Assembly (NCBI GenBank): GCA_051362555.1
Contig: CM120644.1
Location: 10,052,954 to 10,116,953, forward strand
DNA length: 64,000 nucleotides
Reading direction: 5' to 3'
DNA from: Lingula anatina
Taxonomy: Eukaryota; Animalia; Brachiopoda
Shown here one piece after another: positions 12,841 through 24,923 of the stretch. The stretch's first letter is position 1; every line of letters starts with the position of its first letter. The notes beneath the pieces are model-generated. The model ran no database searches. It was not told where the DNA came from and worked only from the letters and a program-made list of their open reading frames with translations. The translations under genes and the position numbers were made by a program.

Positions 12841-13424
12841 GTCAGCTAGTCAAAATTGAAGGGGGGGGGGTTACACCACAGTTTATTTGAAAGATACCGG
12901 TATATGATCCATTCCTACATGTTGTAAATTATGGTTATTTACACAAATATCATACGCAGGCCTACCCAACTACCAGACTCGGCACCTATGGATCCAGAAT
13001 AAACCGGTATATCAGACCACACTACCCGTTTACGCTCGAGGTGTTCATGGCATATATCGCGAGAGGGTGACAGTGTATTATTTGACATACATACCGAGAA
13101 CAAATATAGTGATTTCACCCTAAAACACCCCTAAAACCGAATAAAGTGACCCTATATCACGCTCTAGAGATGTTATATGGAATAAACTCATCCACGTGCA
13201 CTGGTCACCTCTCGCCAAATTCATATGTTATGTCTGACCAATTTGATTAATTTTGCTAAATTCTTGTCGTGGACGTCCAACTGGCTTGAAAAGTATTTAA
13301 TAATGGACATAATGACATTATGTCCATGATTTAATCAACCGTTGACACTGACCATGCCCGTCTCAGCTGAGCCACACCTAGCTGGGACTGCTGCGGAAAA
13401 AGGTCCCAAGGCAAAACCTCTACG

Positions 13425-13870
13425 TTTTAGTGACATTTCTGATAAACAAGGAGCGTCGGACCAGAATATAGTCAAACTAATTTTTCACATGTGCGAAGGA
13501 GAAAGAAATTTACTCTTTGGTGATATTTCTGACAAGGAGGCAGTTTCGGAATATAGTCAAAGTCAGACGGATGTTTATTACAAGTTCACGGGAGTAATAA
13601 TTCTAGTTTTATTGTTATTTCTGACGACGAGGCGGTTACGGCATATAGTCAAAATCAAACGGAGGTTTATTTCAAGTCCACAAGAGTAATAATTCCACGT
13701 TATGGTGACAACTTCTACTACGGGGTGGTTTCGGAATATACCAGGGGTAATCCTAGAAAGAATATACATGTGCTGGTTTTCAGAGCATTCATGTGCTACA
13801 CGTAATTACAAGTTCAAAGGGGGAATAGATTTGATTTTTACCGATATATGTAATAAAGAGGAAGAATGAA
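13425..13870 (+). repeat. Degenerate ~91-93-bp tandem repeat (about 5 units)
   Basis: Recurrent G(T)GATATTTCTGAC..GAGGC..TTTCGGAATATAGTCAAA...TTACAAGTTCA...GAGTAATAATTC motifs near 13425, 13516, 13606 and 13700. Confidence 0.6.
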
Positions 13871-14692
13871 CAGCTTAAAAACAAAAGGTAAATCACACAA
13901 CCCTCGTTAAAATGTCATAGATTTACAAATAATTTGTATGCACGCGTGGCTTAAATGTAAACTGATTCACGTTTTCAAACCATACCCATATGATATGACT
14001 TAGTGTAATAAAATTATAAAGAATAATTGTTAAACATGAAAAGTTTATGTTAATTTCTTAAGAGTGTGAGAGATTTTAAATTTGTCGACTGGTAGGTATA
14101 TAACGCAAGTAAAGTCACTATTCTCTTGATGCCAAGAACGTCACATGATCACTGTCTTCGGCTTTCAGCGTTTAAGAGACCTCGACTGATTTAACCAAGA
14201 TGTAGTCGTGAAATTCTAGACTACATCGATGTTAAATCCTAGTTTTCCGAGAGACGCTACGCAAAAATGTCGAGTGAAGCGAGATATTTTTGGGTAGCAG
14301 CTCGAGGTTGCTCTCGATTTTCACTGAAGGTTGGCTAAATCAAGAAGTTATAATGAGAATCCTTCTCTTTATAACTTCTTGGCTAAATGGACAGGCTTCA
14401 GTGATCAGCATAACGCCACGGTCATTTAACTTCCCTAGTTATGTATAGCTTATGTGTTCTCAGTAGTTCATTTTCTCTGTCTAGTTCCTTAAAAAATAGC
14501 ATTTTGTAGTGGTCGCCGAAAGCTTTGCTCATTTCATTTTTATCTATCTGGAGGCTGCACCTGTTTGGGGGAAAAGTTTGGTAGATTGTGCCCATATTCT
14601 GTCGCCAGTTTCAATTTGTTTTTATGAAGATAGAACAAAACCTGGTCTGAATGTTGGGTTTTAATTTATGACCGTGCCCCCCCACCACCACA

Positions 14693-14693
14693 A

Positions 14694-14750
<57 letters not shown>

Positions 14751-14752
14751 AA
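14693..14752. repeat. (AAT)n/(AAAT)n microsatellite
   Basis: Direct reading. Confidence 0.9.
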
Positions 14753-15179
14753 TTACAAAAAATTGAATTAAATCAAAAATCGCAAATTATTGATAAGCGC
14801 TTGTACCCTTTTGAAGTTATTTTCTGAGTATTCCAATAAACGACGGTAGTAGACGGTGTAGTGCTGAGTTCAAACGGACACGTGCTTTACCACATCTTGT
14901 TTCAGTGTGACTCCGTGGGCATCTTGTCCGTGATTAACATCATAAGAATAGTCCCACCCACGGTGGAATCATTGCATGCGGAAGCGAACTCGTCCCTCTC
15001 GATACAAAATTCGATATTGAAATCATTTTAGCCAAAATTAAACCTATTGCTACAATTGTGGTACTCGTATGCACTTGTAAACAGAACGTACTAGAAGCCC
15101 TGGTAACCTACACGCGTACGATGGAAGGTTCTCACTATGACATCAGACACGTCCAAGAACTTTCCCAGGTTGTAGTCCT

Positions 15180-15554
15180 TTATGTTTCTAACATCATTGC
15201 CAACACATATTTTAAACATTCAAAGAAATCGTCGATATTAATCAATTGATCTCCATATCCCAATTCGCGCCATGCTGTTCTAATAATATAATCCAGTTCG
15301 CCGGAATATACTGGCAATGGATACTGGTTGTTTAACCAATTTGTTAAATCGAAAAACTCCTTCTCGTTCAAAAGGGCGTCCCCGTTGCTGTCCAGCTTGT
15401 TGAACCAACGTGCAATTAAATCAAACCAATAAGGACTTAATTCAGATAAATCGCATGAACACGCTACGCCTCTTCCTATCGGTGGTCTGGTCTTACCCCT
15501 CATAAACAGTGTCGTCTGAACCAACAATATTATTGCCACTGTAGAGCCGTGCAT
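15180..15554 (-). CDS. Secreted Cys-containing EF-hand protein, copy 5 (124 aa, intact)
   Basis: Signal-like MHGSTVAIILLVQTTLFMRG; CSC motif; EF loop DSNGDALLNEKE; C-terminal CLKY (one Cys lost). Confidence 0.75.
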   Translation of the reverse strand: MHGSTVAIILLVQTTLFMRGKTRPPIGRGVACSCDLSELSPYWFDLIARWFNKLDSNGDALLNEKEFFDLTNWLNNQYPLPVYSGELDYIIRTAWRELGYGDQLINIDDFFECLKYVLAMMLET

Positions 15555-16479
15555 GTCAACGGTCCTTAGATCTGGAAAATTTACACAAGTAATTGAATGA
15601 TTTAAAAACAGTTTCTGACATCTTAATGTAATTTAAAAAGCAGAAAACTAGAACTAATTTCACTTTAAAAAATCAATTTTCGGTTACCTGTTAATAACAC
15701 TTGACTAAGCAATTTGCATGGCAGTTGCCACCGAATGAAGTTTTTAGACTTTTGCTGGGAACTAGAGATGAAACGGTGATATTGGAATGGGAACTCATAT
15801 ATACGGGAACCCATTAACGGGTACGTATTGAATGAGACAATTATATAATAGCGTTTAAAAAGAATTTACCTGATGCAGGTGGCAGTTAATAGCATCGAAC
15901 AAGACTCAGGTGCAAAATATAGGTGGGGTGGGGGTCAGGATGCATAACCAAGGACATCTTCATTGAGGATCTTAACGATTTTTTGTGATGAAAATAGCCT
16001 GAGGGTGGTGGTTTTATGGATTTTGGTTGTTTAAGACTCATGAGCTGATCGATTAATTTCAAAATTTTAATAAACGGATAAGACTGGAAATATGAAGGAT
16101 TTATAATCTGCCATATGCGTCACATATTCTCCATACGAGACATCTTTTAAGCACATAACACAAATACAACGTCCTTCCCATGAGGTAACAGTTACACTTT
16201 TTTGTTTTCTATAGCAGACAATAAATCCCGTTCCACTAGGTTACACCTTCACGCTGTTTTGTATTCAAGTCGCGGCCCCGACATAAACCCCAAATATCAC
16301 TGCTGTTTGATAATAATTCAGAAATATATAGTGACAGAAGTGATAAATAGAACGCAAAAAAAAAAAAAAAAAGGATTGTGTAAACACGAAAAGCGGTTAT
16401 ACATGTTATACCCTAGTCTGTATATTGTATAGCTGGTTTTACCGTATTCCTTTCAACATGCAAAGGCAACGCAGTGTAA

Positions 16480-16717
16480 GGGACCATTCCCACAGATATT
16501 TGGATCGATCTATGTCCCTGGGGTGTGGGAGTCTCACTAAATTGATATCAAACTAACCGGCTTAAACGTCTGTCACGCCTATTAATTAACTTTACCCCTA
16601 GCTAATTCTGTAGGCTTGACAGACATTTTACGCCTCTTGAGATGATTGCAATTTAGGGTGAAACCACAGGGAGTTAGGTCGATGCAGTTGGATCGATCTT
16701 AGTATGGAAACCCAGTC
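16480..16717 (+). mobile_element. Diverged MITE family A copy
   Basis: Homologous internal motifs (GATCGATCTA, GGGAGTCTCA, GGGAGTTAGGTCGAT); TAA TSD. Confidence 0.7.
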
Positions 16718-16725
16718 TAACATTA

Positions 16726-16877
16726 GGGCCAGTGCATTCATGACAATGGATTCCCGCCTCCCACGCGCGGGCCCCAGCAGGGTCAGAGCAATTTAATCTC
16801 GACCAGCTTTCAAGTGGGTCGCGCCATATTTGAGCTGCGGACTAGTTAGTCCCCAGAACAACTGGTTCTGAATGCGC
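16726..16877. mobile_element. MITE family B, internally deleted copy
   Basis: Shares TGACAATGGATTCCC...AAGTGGGTCGCGCCATATTTGA..GGACTAGTTAGTC..GTTCTGAATGCG with 22146-22348. Confidence 0.65.
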
Positions 16878-17225
16878 TAAGAGAGAGAGAGAGAGAGAGA
16901 GAGAGATTGGATTAATTGACTTATTGATTATGGGGGGAGACGATCTAGCAGCAGAAAAGGAAAGAAGCATAATGTGGTGTGACTTATTATTTTTTAACAT
17001 GCAAGCAAGGGAAAGTGTCGAAACCAGCACAGTAGAATAGGCTCTCTAGATTATACGTGAGTATATATAAAAGCATTTTTATATCTCTGGTAATTTAGTC
17101 ACATTAGTCTTGTATTATCACATAATTTAACCAACACAGTGATATAACAAGCTGAACGAATAAAAATTATGAAGATAGAAAAATTGTAATATTAGCCTGG
17201 TCTGAATGTGAGATGTACTAGTAGC

Positions 17226-17594
17226 TTATTGCATGAGATATATTTCTGCTAACACACATTTTAAACAACCAACTAATGTGTTGATATTAATCGAATGAGC
17301 TCCAAATCCTGATTTATACAATGCTTCTATGAGGAGATTGTTGAGCTGTTCCAGGAACGGGTATCGGTTACTTAAATAGTCTGCTAAAGCGGCAAACTCA
17401 TCTCCATTAAGATGACCGTCCTCGTTCAAGTCTATGTAGTTGAAAAATTGTGAAATTATGTCAAACCAAGCAGGACATGGTTCAGGTGTATAACATGAAC
17501 AAGCTCCGTCTCTCCTTGTCCGTGGTGTGGTGTTACCGCTCATAAATAGCGCCGTCTGAACCATCAATATTATTGCCACTGCAGTGCCGTACAT
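17226..17594 (-). CDS. Secreted Cys-containing EF-hand protein, copy 6 (122 aa, intact)
   Basis: MYGTAVAIILMVQTALFMSG signal-like; RTRR-D furin-type site; CSC..C motif; EF loop DLNEDGHLNGDE; CLKC. Confidence 0.8.
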   Translation of the reverse strand: MYGTAVAIILMVQTALFMSGNTTPRTRRDGACSCYTPEPCPAWFDIISQFFNYIDLNEDGHLNGDEFAALADYLSNRYPFLEQLNNLLIEALYKSGFGAHSININTLVGCLKCVLAEIYLMQ

Positions 17595-17964
17595 GTTTGC
17601 GGTCCTTAGATCTGGAAGATTTACATATATATTTAAATCTTTAAAATTCTGACATAAACGCCAAATTATGATCAAGTTCCATTAAAAAAAAAAACTTAAT
17701 TCATTTTCGATTACCTCTAAATAACTCTTTAAGAAGCAATTTGTATGACAGGCAGGTCGCGTAGTATACCTAAAGTTTTCAGGACTCTGTGTGGAACAAG
17801 AAATGAAACAGTGCTAGTTTACTCTTCAGATAATTGCATTTGAAGATTTGACCTGCATACGGGAATCCATTAACTGGCGTTGAAATAGATATCTTTGTGT
17901 TAAAAGCAGTAAAAAGAAAATATCTGATGCAGGTGGCAGTTAAAGGCGGCGATGAAGACTCCGG

Positions 17965-19025
17965 GGGCCGGTTTCACAAAGCAGTAGTTAGTTAGCGATC
18001 GGTAGTTAGCCTCTCGCTAGTTATAGTGCCGTTTCACGAAGCAGTCGCTAGTTCTCTCGCTCGTTATTGTCTCGTTGTTACCATGGATATATTACGACTG
18101 GTCAGACCAGTCGCTAACTCTAGAGTTTCATCGTACGCATGCGTAATGAGTGAAATAAAAAGGTTGCTTAGTTACCGTTGTCTGTTGTTTGTCCACTCGG
18201 AACTACTCGGATGTCTCCGCACTCGACAATAACCTCGGACGTAATACGGAGGCAGCCATATTTGATTGTTGATTGTTGGGAAGGAATTACTTTCAACCTC
18301 GCGCTAATTTAAACCTCAATCCTTTCAATGTCTGTATCTGTTTATCCTTCAAATCAAAGTCAAACTTAGTGCATTGTTTGGCAAACTGTAAAGCATCATA
18401 AAAATCAGGGGTAGGGCCTATTGACAGCCATCTTTACGAGCGGAATAACCGAATTGAGTGAGAAGGCATTTCCGGCGGACAAATTGCATGGATTTGGTGC
18501 ATATTTCTCCGCCTATCACATCCGAGGTTAGTATGGAGCTTGCGGAATGAGCCGAGGATTGCCGATTGTTGTTTGTCTTTGTATCCAATATGGCGGCTAC
18601 CCGTACCGCCAGACGGCAACGTAGACTACGACGTTTTCATGAAAGGCAGAATCTATTATAATATACATACGATATGATGCAATTTACGAGAGGTTGCGCC
18701 TAGCTGTGACAAAAAGAGCGGCAAAAAGGTGGTGGAGATCCTTTACGACGACCTCAAAGCAGACGTTCTTATGCATTTCCAGCCACCAAAAAATGGAGAG
18801 TTAGTGCTTTCGTGACACTTTTACGCAAGAGTTCCACTTCCGGCAGACGGTTTCGAGAGTACGGTAAGTAACGAGAGAACTAACGACCGAACTTTACGAC
18901 TGAACTTAGCGATGAGTTAACGACTGCTTCGTGAAACACCCCTCGAAAATCGCTAAGCTTGCTCGTTAGCGAGGTAGTTCAGTAGTTAGTTGTTCTAACT
19001 AACTACTGCTTTGTGAAACCGGCCC
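17965..19025. mobile_element. Non-autonomous Harbinger-like element (1.06 kb)
   Basis: TIR GGGCCGGTTTCACAAAGCAGTAGTTAGTTAG at both ends, 3-bp TSD CGG, inverted subterminal repeats. Interrupts the conserved upstream block of EF-hand copy 6. Confidence 0.85.
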
Positions 19026-19060
19026 CGGGTGTCTTCGTCGTGGGAAATCAAGGCGTATAA

Positions 19061-19194
19061 CAAGGGCGTATTGAGGCCGTCTTCTGGGTCCTCAAGAAGA
19101 CGGTCAGATTTTCAAATTCACATTGACGGGTGGAGGATGGATCAACAAAGATAATTTCGAAGACTGTCAGAAAATAAATCTGGATCCGCCCCTG
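19061..19194 (-). mobile_element. hAT-like MITE (relative of 255-423)
   Basis: Reverse-complement homology to 255-423; ends ...GGATCCGCCCCTG. Confidence 0.7.
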
Positions 19195-19561
19195 TATAAT
19201 CATAGACATCTTTGCTATCGAGCAGCCCCATGTTTTATGATGAAAACAGCGTGAGTGTAGTTTTATTAATTTTGGTTGTTTAGGACTCTGAAATGCATCC
19301 TTTTATAGATTTCTACATATCGTACATGCTATCATAAATTTTAGACCACAGTTTATTTGAAGAATATATGATCCATTTATTATATTGCTTGTAGGTTATG
19401 GTTAACGTGTAGATTTTCATTCCCTCAATTTGCACAACCTGCGACAATCACATGTTACAAACAGCAAGCGTGGAGTGTGCTTACTTGTGAAAGTGCGAGA
19501 TACAAACCAGACGTTATCATAACAAGGTCTGTACTCGGTATGACTTTTGACTGATGACGCA

Positions 19562-19613
<52 letters not shown>

Positions 19614-19978
19614 TGGAGATTAACGTGGTAAGTGTTAGTATCGGAAAATTGACTAATTCTTTCATTCTTTAGGCCGCCATAACCTAACCGAAACCGAAGC
19701 AACTGTGTTACCCTCCACCCCCCCCCCCCCACCACCAACCACCCTCACCTCCACCCCCACACACAAAAATAACAGTTGTCACGTGAAGAGAATCTGATTC
19801 TTTTGAAGAAAGCTACATATATGTTGATAAATGGGTAGCCAAAGTTCAGTAAATCTTGTAAATCATTTTACACACGTAGGTCTTGCCACGTGTTTTCTTT
19901 CAAAATATACATTTCAAAAGCAAAACACTCAAACACGGATAAGGCCCAGCTAAGGCTTTATAATTTTATTGTATCTTA

Positions 19979-20193
19979 GGCTCTATTCCCATAGATTTTA
20001 AATCGATCTATCCCCGCGGGGAGTCTCACTAGATTACTTTCAGATAATCCGACTTAAATGTCCGTCCCGCCTACTACAAGCTGTAAGGGGGTAATTAACT
20101 TTCGTGTCCGCCCGGCTGACAGCTATTTAGCGTGAACCCCCCGGGAGTTAGGTCGATCTAAAGTAGGTCGATCATATCTATGGAAATGGGGTG
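19979..20193 (+). mobile_element. MITE family A copy
   Basis: 215 bp, TTA TSD, near-identical to 3705-3919; lies ~300 bp upstream of the first PhyH gene. Confidence 0.85.
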
Positions 20194-20488
20194 TTATGCA
20201 TCAGTATGCACTAGTGAAAATGTGCATATGGGTATAACTATAATTAAAAATGATCTCACAATATTAAGCACTTAACTACAACCTGATGACTATATAATGA
20301 AAGTGATCCCACAATATTAAACAATATTAAACACTAAACAATATTAAAACAGTTAAGTATGTTTTTTTAATTACTGAGTGAATAGTTATGTAAGCAAAAG
20401 ACCACGTGATTACTAACGTCAGACTGCTGGATAACGCAGACCATAGCATATCTAAGTTAAACAATACAACCACCGTATACAGCCCGCG

Positions 20489-22898
20489 ATGCCTCTGGCC
20501 GCTCTCACCGAGGAAGCCATCCAGAGATTCCAGGCCGACGGTGCCGTGTGTCTCCGCGGTGTCTTCGCCCGGGAGTGGATCCAGAAGGTATCCGCCGGGA
20601 TAGAGAAAAACCTCACTAGATCGAGTCAGTACAGCGAACGACTTCAGGCTCCCGGAGGCACCGGGTACTTCTTCAATGATTATTTCAATTGGAGGGAAAT
20701 AGAAGAGTTTAAAGATTATGTTTATAACTCTCCTGCGGCTGAAATTGCTGGGACGTTGATGCAGTCTCCGGTAGGTATATATAGCATGTATATAAATATA
20801 CGTTGCAGTTGTACATATTTCTCTAGGCGTTATTTATTTTTATTTACACTCAACACATTTAGAGTAAACCTCAGCGGCTATGACATAGCCAGTGCACAGA
20901 ATATGTATTAACTCTCTATTCTCCACCCAGGTTGCTGTCTTTTACCACGAGCACGTGCTAACTAAAGACCCTCATACTCTTAAAGCCACTCCCTGGCATC
21001 ACGATCAGGCTTACTATCCTGTTGATGGATTTAAGGTGTGTACAAAGGCCCAACTGTAAAGGTTGCGATACCAGGTCAGAAGATCACGTGCTCACCACGC
21101 ATGGGTTGTTAATTCCTAAATTAGATACATGTATGCCTACATATTATACCAAGTGGAAACATGTATGTCAAATTATTGGCCATAAACCTGACCAAATATC
21201 GCCAAATACCTTCGTTTAAACAAACTTGAAGAAATACCACTCTGTTTCGTTTCATTATTTCCAAAATAAATATTTGCACAAACGTTTTCCGTTTACTTTC
21301 TTTTCTTTACGATCTGGAGGGAAAATACATGTAAGTAGGTCAGATTTACAACCAGAAATCTGAAGAAGGTAACAGTTTGAAAAGCATTTTTCTTTTGCCC
21401 GAAGGATTCAATGCGTTGCATGTTTTTTCAAGTGTTATTGTGTTGTGTAAGAAACTAATTTATGTACGTAACAAGGCATTTATACGCTAGCTTAATACAT
21501 TCATGAAACACAAATTGAACGATATTGGTTTCATCAAATATCAGAAATGAGACTTATCATTGCCACTACTTTTAAAAGGGTATTGTTTCAGAACTGCTCG
21601 ATATGGATGCCAATAGATTCTGTTCCCGCTGAAACCACTCTAAAGTTTTTGAAAGGATCACACCGCTGGGGGAGGTGGTTTCATCCAAAGAAATTTAAGT
21701 CAGAAAAAAACTACCCTGTCAATGATGATGCGGGAACGAGACTTGCAGAGACGAGAGTTTACGAGAACGTCCCTGACATCGATGGATCTGATGAGTATGA
21801 GATACTCCAATGGCCCATAGAGGTAATATAAAAGATGACTAATGTGTGTCATACCCAGTAGATGTGATTGTCTTTTCAAAGCAACACATTGCAACAATTT
21901 GCACCTTTCACATTTTAATTTAAAAAAAACCCTAAAGGGTCTAGTCAAGTGGATGTTCATTTCCCAAAGTGAAGGCGTACATTTTTTTAAATATTTCATC
22001 CCTATTGCCATCTGTTTTCATGAAGCCTGGGGACTGCGTGGTGTTCCACATGATGACACTGCATGCTGCCAATGCAAATATCTCAGAAACTCGGCATCGG
22101 CGGGTGTTGTCCACCAGGTGGCTAGGTTAGCAGATAGTGAGCTTTGGCTGCATTCACAACTAAGTTGATCCTCGGACTAACTATTCCGCGGATCAAATAT
22201 GGCCCACACTTGACAATGGATTCCCACCTCCCACGAGCGCCGTCCTAGCAAAGACAGAGCATTAAATATCGCTCCGCTTTTAAGTGGGTCGCGCCATATT
22301 TGATCCGTGGACTAGTTAGTCAGCGGATCATCTGTTCTGAATGCGGCCTTTCACGTGCATTTTATATTTATTGTCAGCATATCGGAATTGGTTCCTTCCA
22401 GTGAGTCGCACTCTAATTCTGAATAAAATTTCCTTTTCTTTGACTAGCTTTTAAAATTCTATATTCATATTTGTAAAGTCGGTTGCACATAATTGGATTT
22501 TTAATAAATATTAAGTTTATAATTAAGTTCAATCCGGTAGCTAATTCACTACTTCACTTACAAAACTGTGTCAATTAAATTAATTGTTTTCATAACGAAA
22601 AGAGAATGAAATTAATTAATAACAAACATCAGAAAGCTAAATGATTTTAGTTATGTTTCAATTGGTGTGCCGAATAATAAAAAAAATGATGCTTTATTGA
22701 GAAACGTACCTGACCCGCAATTTAATTTTGGAAAATGTGTAATACCAATGTGTTTATTTTATCTTTCCAGGAGACGACTGTGTACTTGCAGAGAGACCGT
22801 GGACCCCGTCTCCGCCCATACTGGGAGGTCTCTCCCCCGGGCAGTACATGGGGGAGAGCGAGACTTTCCCGACAGTTTGGACGGCGGGGGAGATATAG
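20489..22898 (+). CDS. PhyH-family Fe(II)/2-oxoglutarate dioxygenase, paralog 1 (5 exons, 281 aa)
   Basis: Exons 20489-20770, 20931-21035, 21592-21822, 22026-22125, 22771-22898; all GT-AG and in phase (846 nt). HxD motif PWHHDQ, LKFLKGSH, distal His in PGDCVVFHMMTLHA, and RRVLS. Confidence 0.92.
22146..22348. mobile_element. MITE family B in intron 4 of PhyH paralog 1
   Basis: TIR GGCTGCATTCACAAC / GTTCTGAATGCGGCC, inner inverted arms ACTAACTA..CCGCGGATCAAATATGG, TTT TSD. Confidence 0.75.
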
Positions 22899-23531
22899 GG
22901 CAGTATGCGGCACATAGAGCTACGGAATGTGTACGGTGTATATCAAGAGTTGTCTTCTCTATGGAACAGGCACATATTTTGGATAGTGTTAACTTTAGCA
23001 AAGGAAATGACAAAACGTTTTGTTTTGAATGAATGATTCTTTTTTTTTCTTTGCTGTTAAGTGTTGTACTATGAGACAAAAGAAGTTCAAATGGCCCATG
23101 CATCGCATAAAAGCCAATCTCATCGTTCTTTCGTTCTAATGAATTGGATGTATGATAGATGCATTTTGTGTTCAGTTGCGTGTAGTCAAGAAAGGGCAAT
23201 CCAATATACATGTATATTCGAACTGTGTCTGTGTTGAAGGTTGTTCATAGAAAACAGAATACATACGTATGTGCTATGACGTACATAAACGCCTATAGAC
23301 CCGTGCTTACACCTATTTTTATGTTGGCCAAGCACACACACTAATCTGCAGTTCGATGATCCATTGAAAATAGTGAAAGAAAATACAAGGCGAACTATTT
23401 AGAACCACAGTTTCTACAATAATAAGACACTAATGTATATAACTGGAAATGGCCTGTAAAGCCTCTTGGAGAATAGTAAGGATAAACTCCCAAACGGTTT
23501 AATTCCTTCGATGGTTGTTTGGGTGGGTCGG

Positions 23532-23535
<4 letters not shown>

Positions 23536-23596
<61 letters not shown>
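23536..23596. repeat. (TC)n microsatellite
   Basis: Direct reading. Confidence 0.95.
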
Positions 23597-23600
<4 letters not shown>

Positions 23601-24263
23601 AAAGTACGTTTACTCTACAACGAAGGAGATGACTTGGTGTAACGGGCACTTCGTCATATAACATACAGTGAATGGTAGGTCAGTTAACTCTTCTTATCAC
23701 AAAGTAAACAGAGACATACACACAATATTCCTTGATATAGACCCTGTCAACAGTACTCCCTTTCTTCTTCATTTCATACTGGTTTCTTGTACATGTATGG
23801 GTACATTCTAGCCCGGTGTCGAATACCCAGAGTGTCTTCACAATGATCATACAGTGTACCTGCCAAAGTATTGGCTGCTTCCCGATGGATTTAATTTTAA
23901 ATTTCTTTTAACGTTACCAGAATAGCCATAATTGTATACGGAAGCATAAATAATATTAATAATAACAACAATAATAAAAAATAATCATAATTATTAGTGG
24001 TACAACAAATGACAACAGTTATTATACATTGTCGAGTTAATTCTATATTAAACCAGGCCAGGGAAGACTGACGCTCTCATGGTTCGGTGTTAATAGGTAA
24101 TCTACACACGGGCAGCTAACAGTGCACCAGTATGAGTCGAGTTATATGGGCGCATACGGGGTTCTCAGGGTACTTAACTAAAATTGTTTTATCAGTCTAT
24201 GAGAAAAGATAACGCAATAGTCGCTTTACGCGAAACTGAGAACATGATATACTGTTGGTCTTA

Positions 24264-24427
24264 GGAGAATAGAGGACTAACTAGTCCGAGGGTCAAATAT
24301 GGCGACCCACTACAATGGTTGCCGTCTATTCCTCTACTAGACACTAAATAGTGTCCAAGGCAAGTATTCAAGTGGGTCGGCCATATTTGACCCTAGGACT
24401 AGTTAGTCCCCTGTTCTGAATGGGGCC
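24264..24427. mobile_element. MITE family B
   Basis: Long inverted arms GGACTAACTAGTCCGAGGGTCAAATATGGCGACCCAC / GTGGGTCGGCCATATTTGACCCTAGGACTAGTTAGTCC; TTA TSD. Confidence 0.8.
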
Positions 24428-24923
24428 TTAGCTTTCCTGTGGGTCCCTGCATGCCGTGACTGTACACGTACACGGAATACAACACTGCCTGTTTTCTGGG
24501 CGAACCATGGCTTAAGTCACATATTTCGTATGTGTCTTAACCCGGGCATGTGTTTATGAGACGTCTGGAACCGTAATTTGTATAGCTTATTATCTTTTCA
24601 TAGAGAAAGGGACGGTGCAGAGATGATAAGTTTACTCCTCAAAGAATAGTATGTGGTGTTCTAATCAGGGGAGATAATAGAGTCCATCGTTTTGGCAGCG
24701 CAGTCTCGAGTCTGTCTAAGAATCGACATGAAAATATTAGGCATATATTGAGTGAAGAGAGGATACAGAGAGTGAACGAGGTATTGACGGTGCACGGGGA
24801 TCTATCATATTAAAACTAATCCTGTTTTGACCCAATTTCATCAACTGATACATACCCCTAACATATCCATTTAAAGGGCCAGTCATCTGGTGCATTTAAT
24901 AGTAGCAGACGACAATTTTCAAA

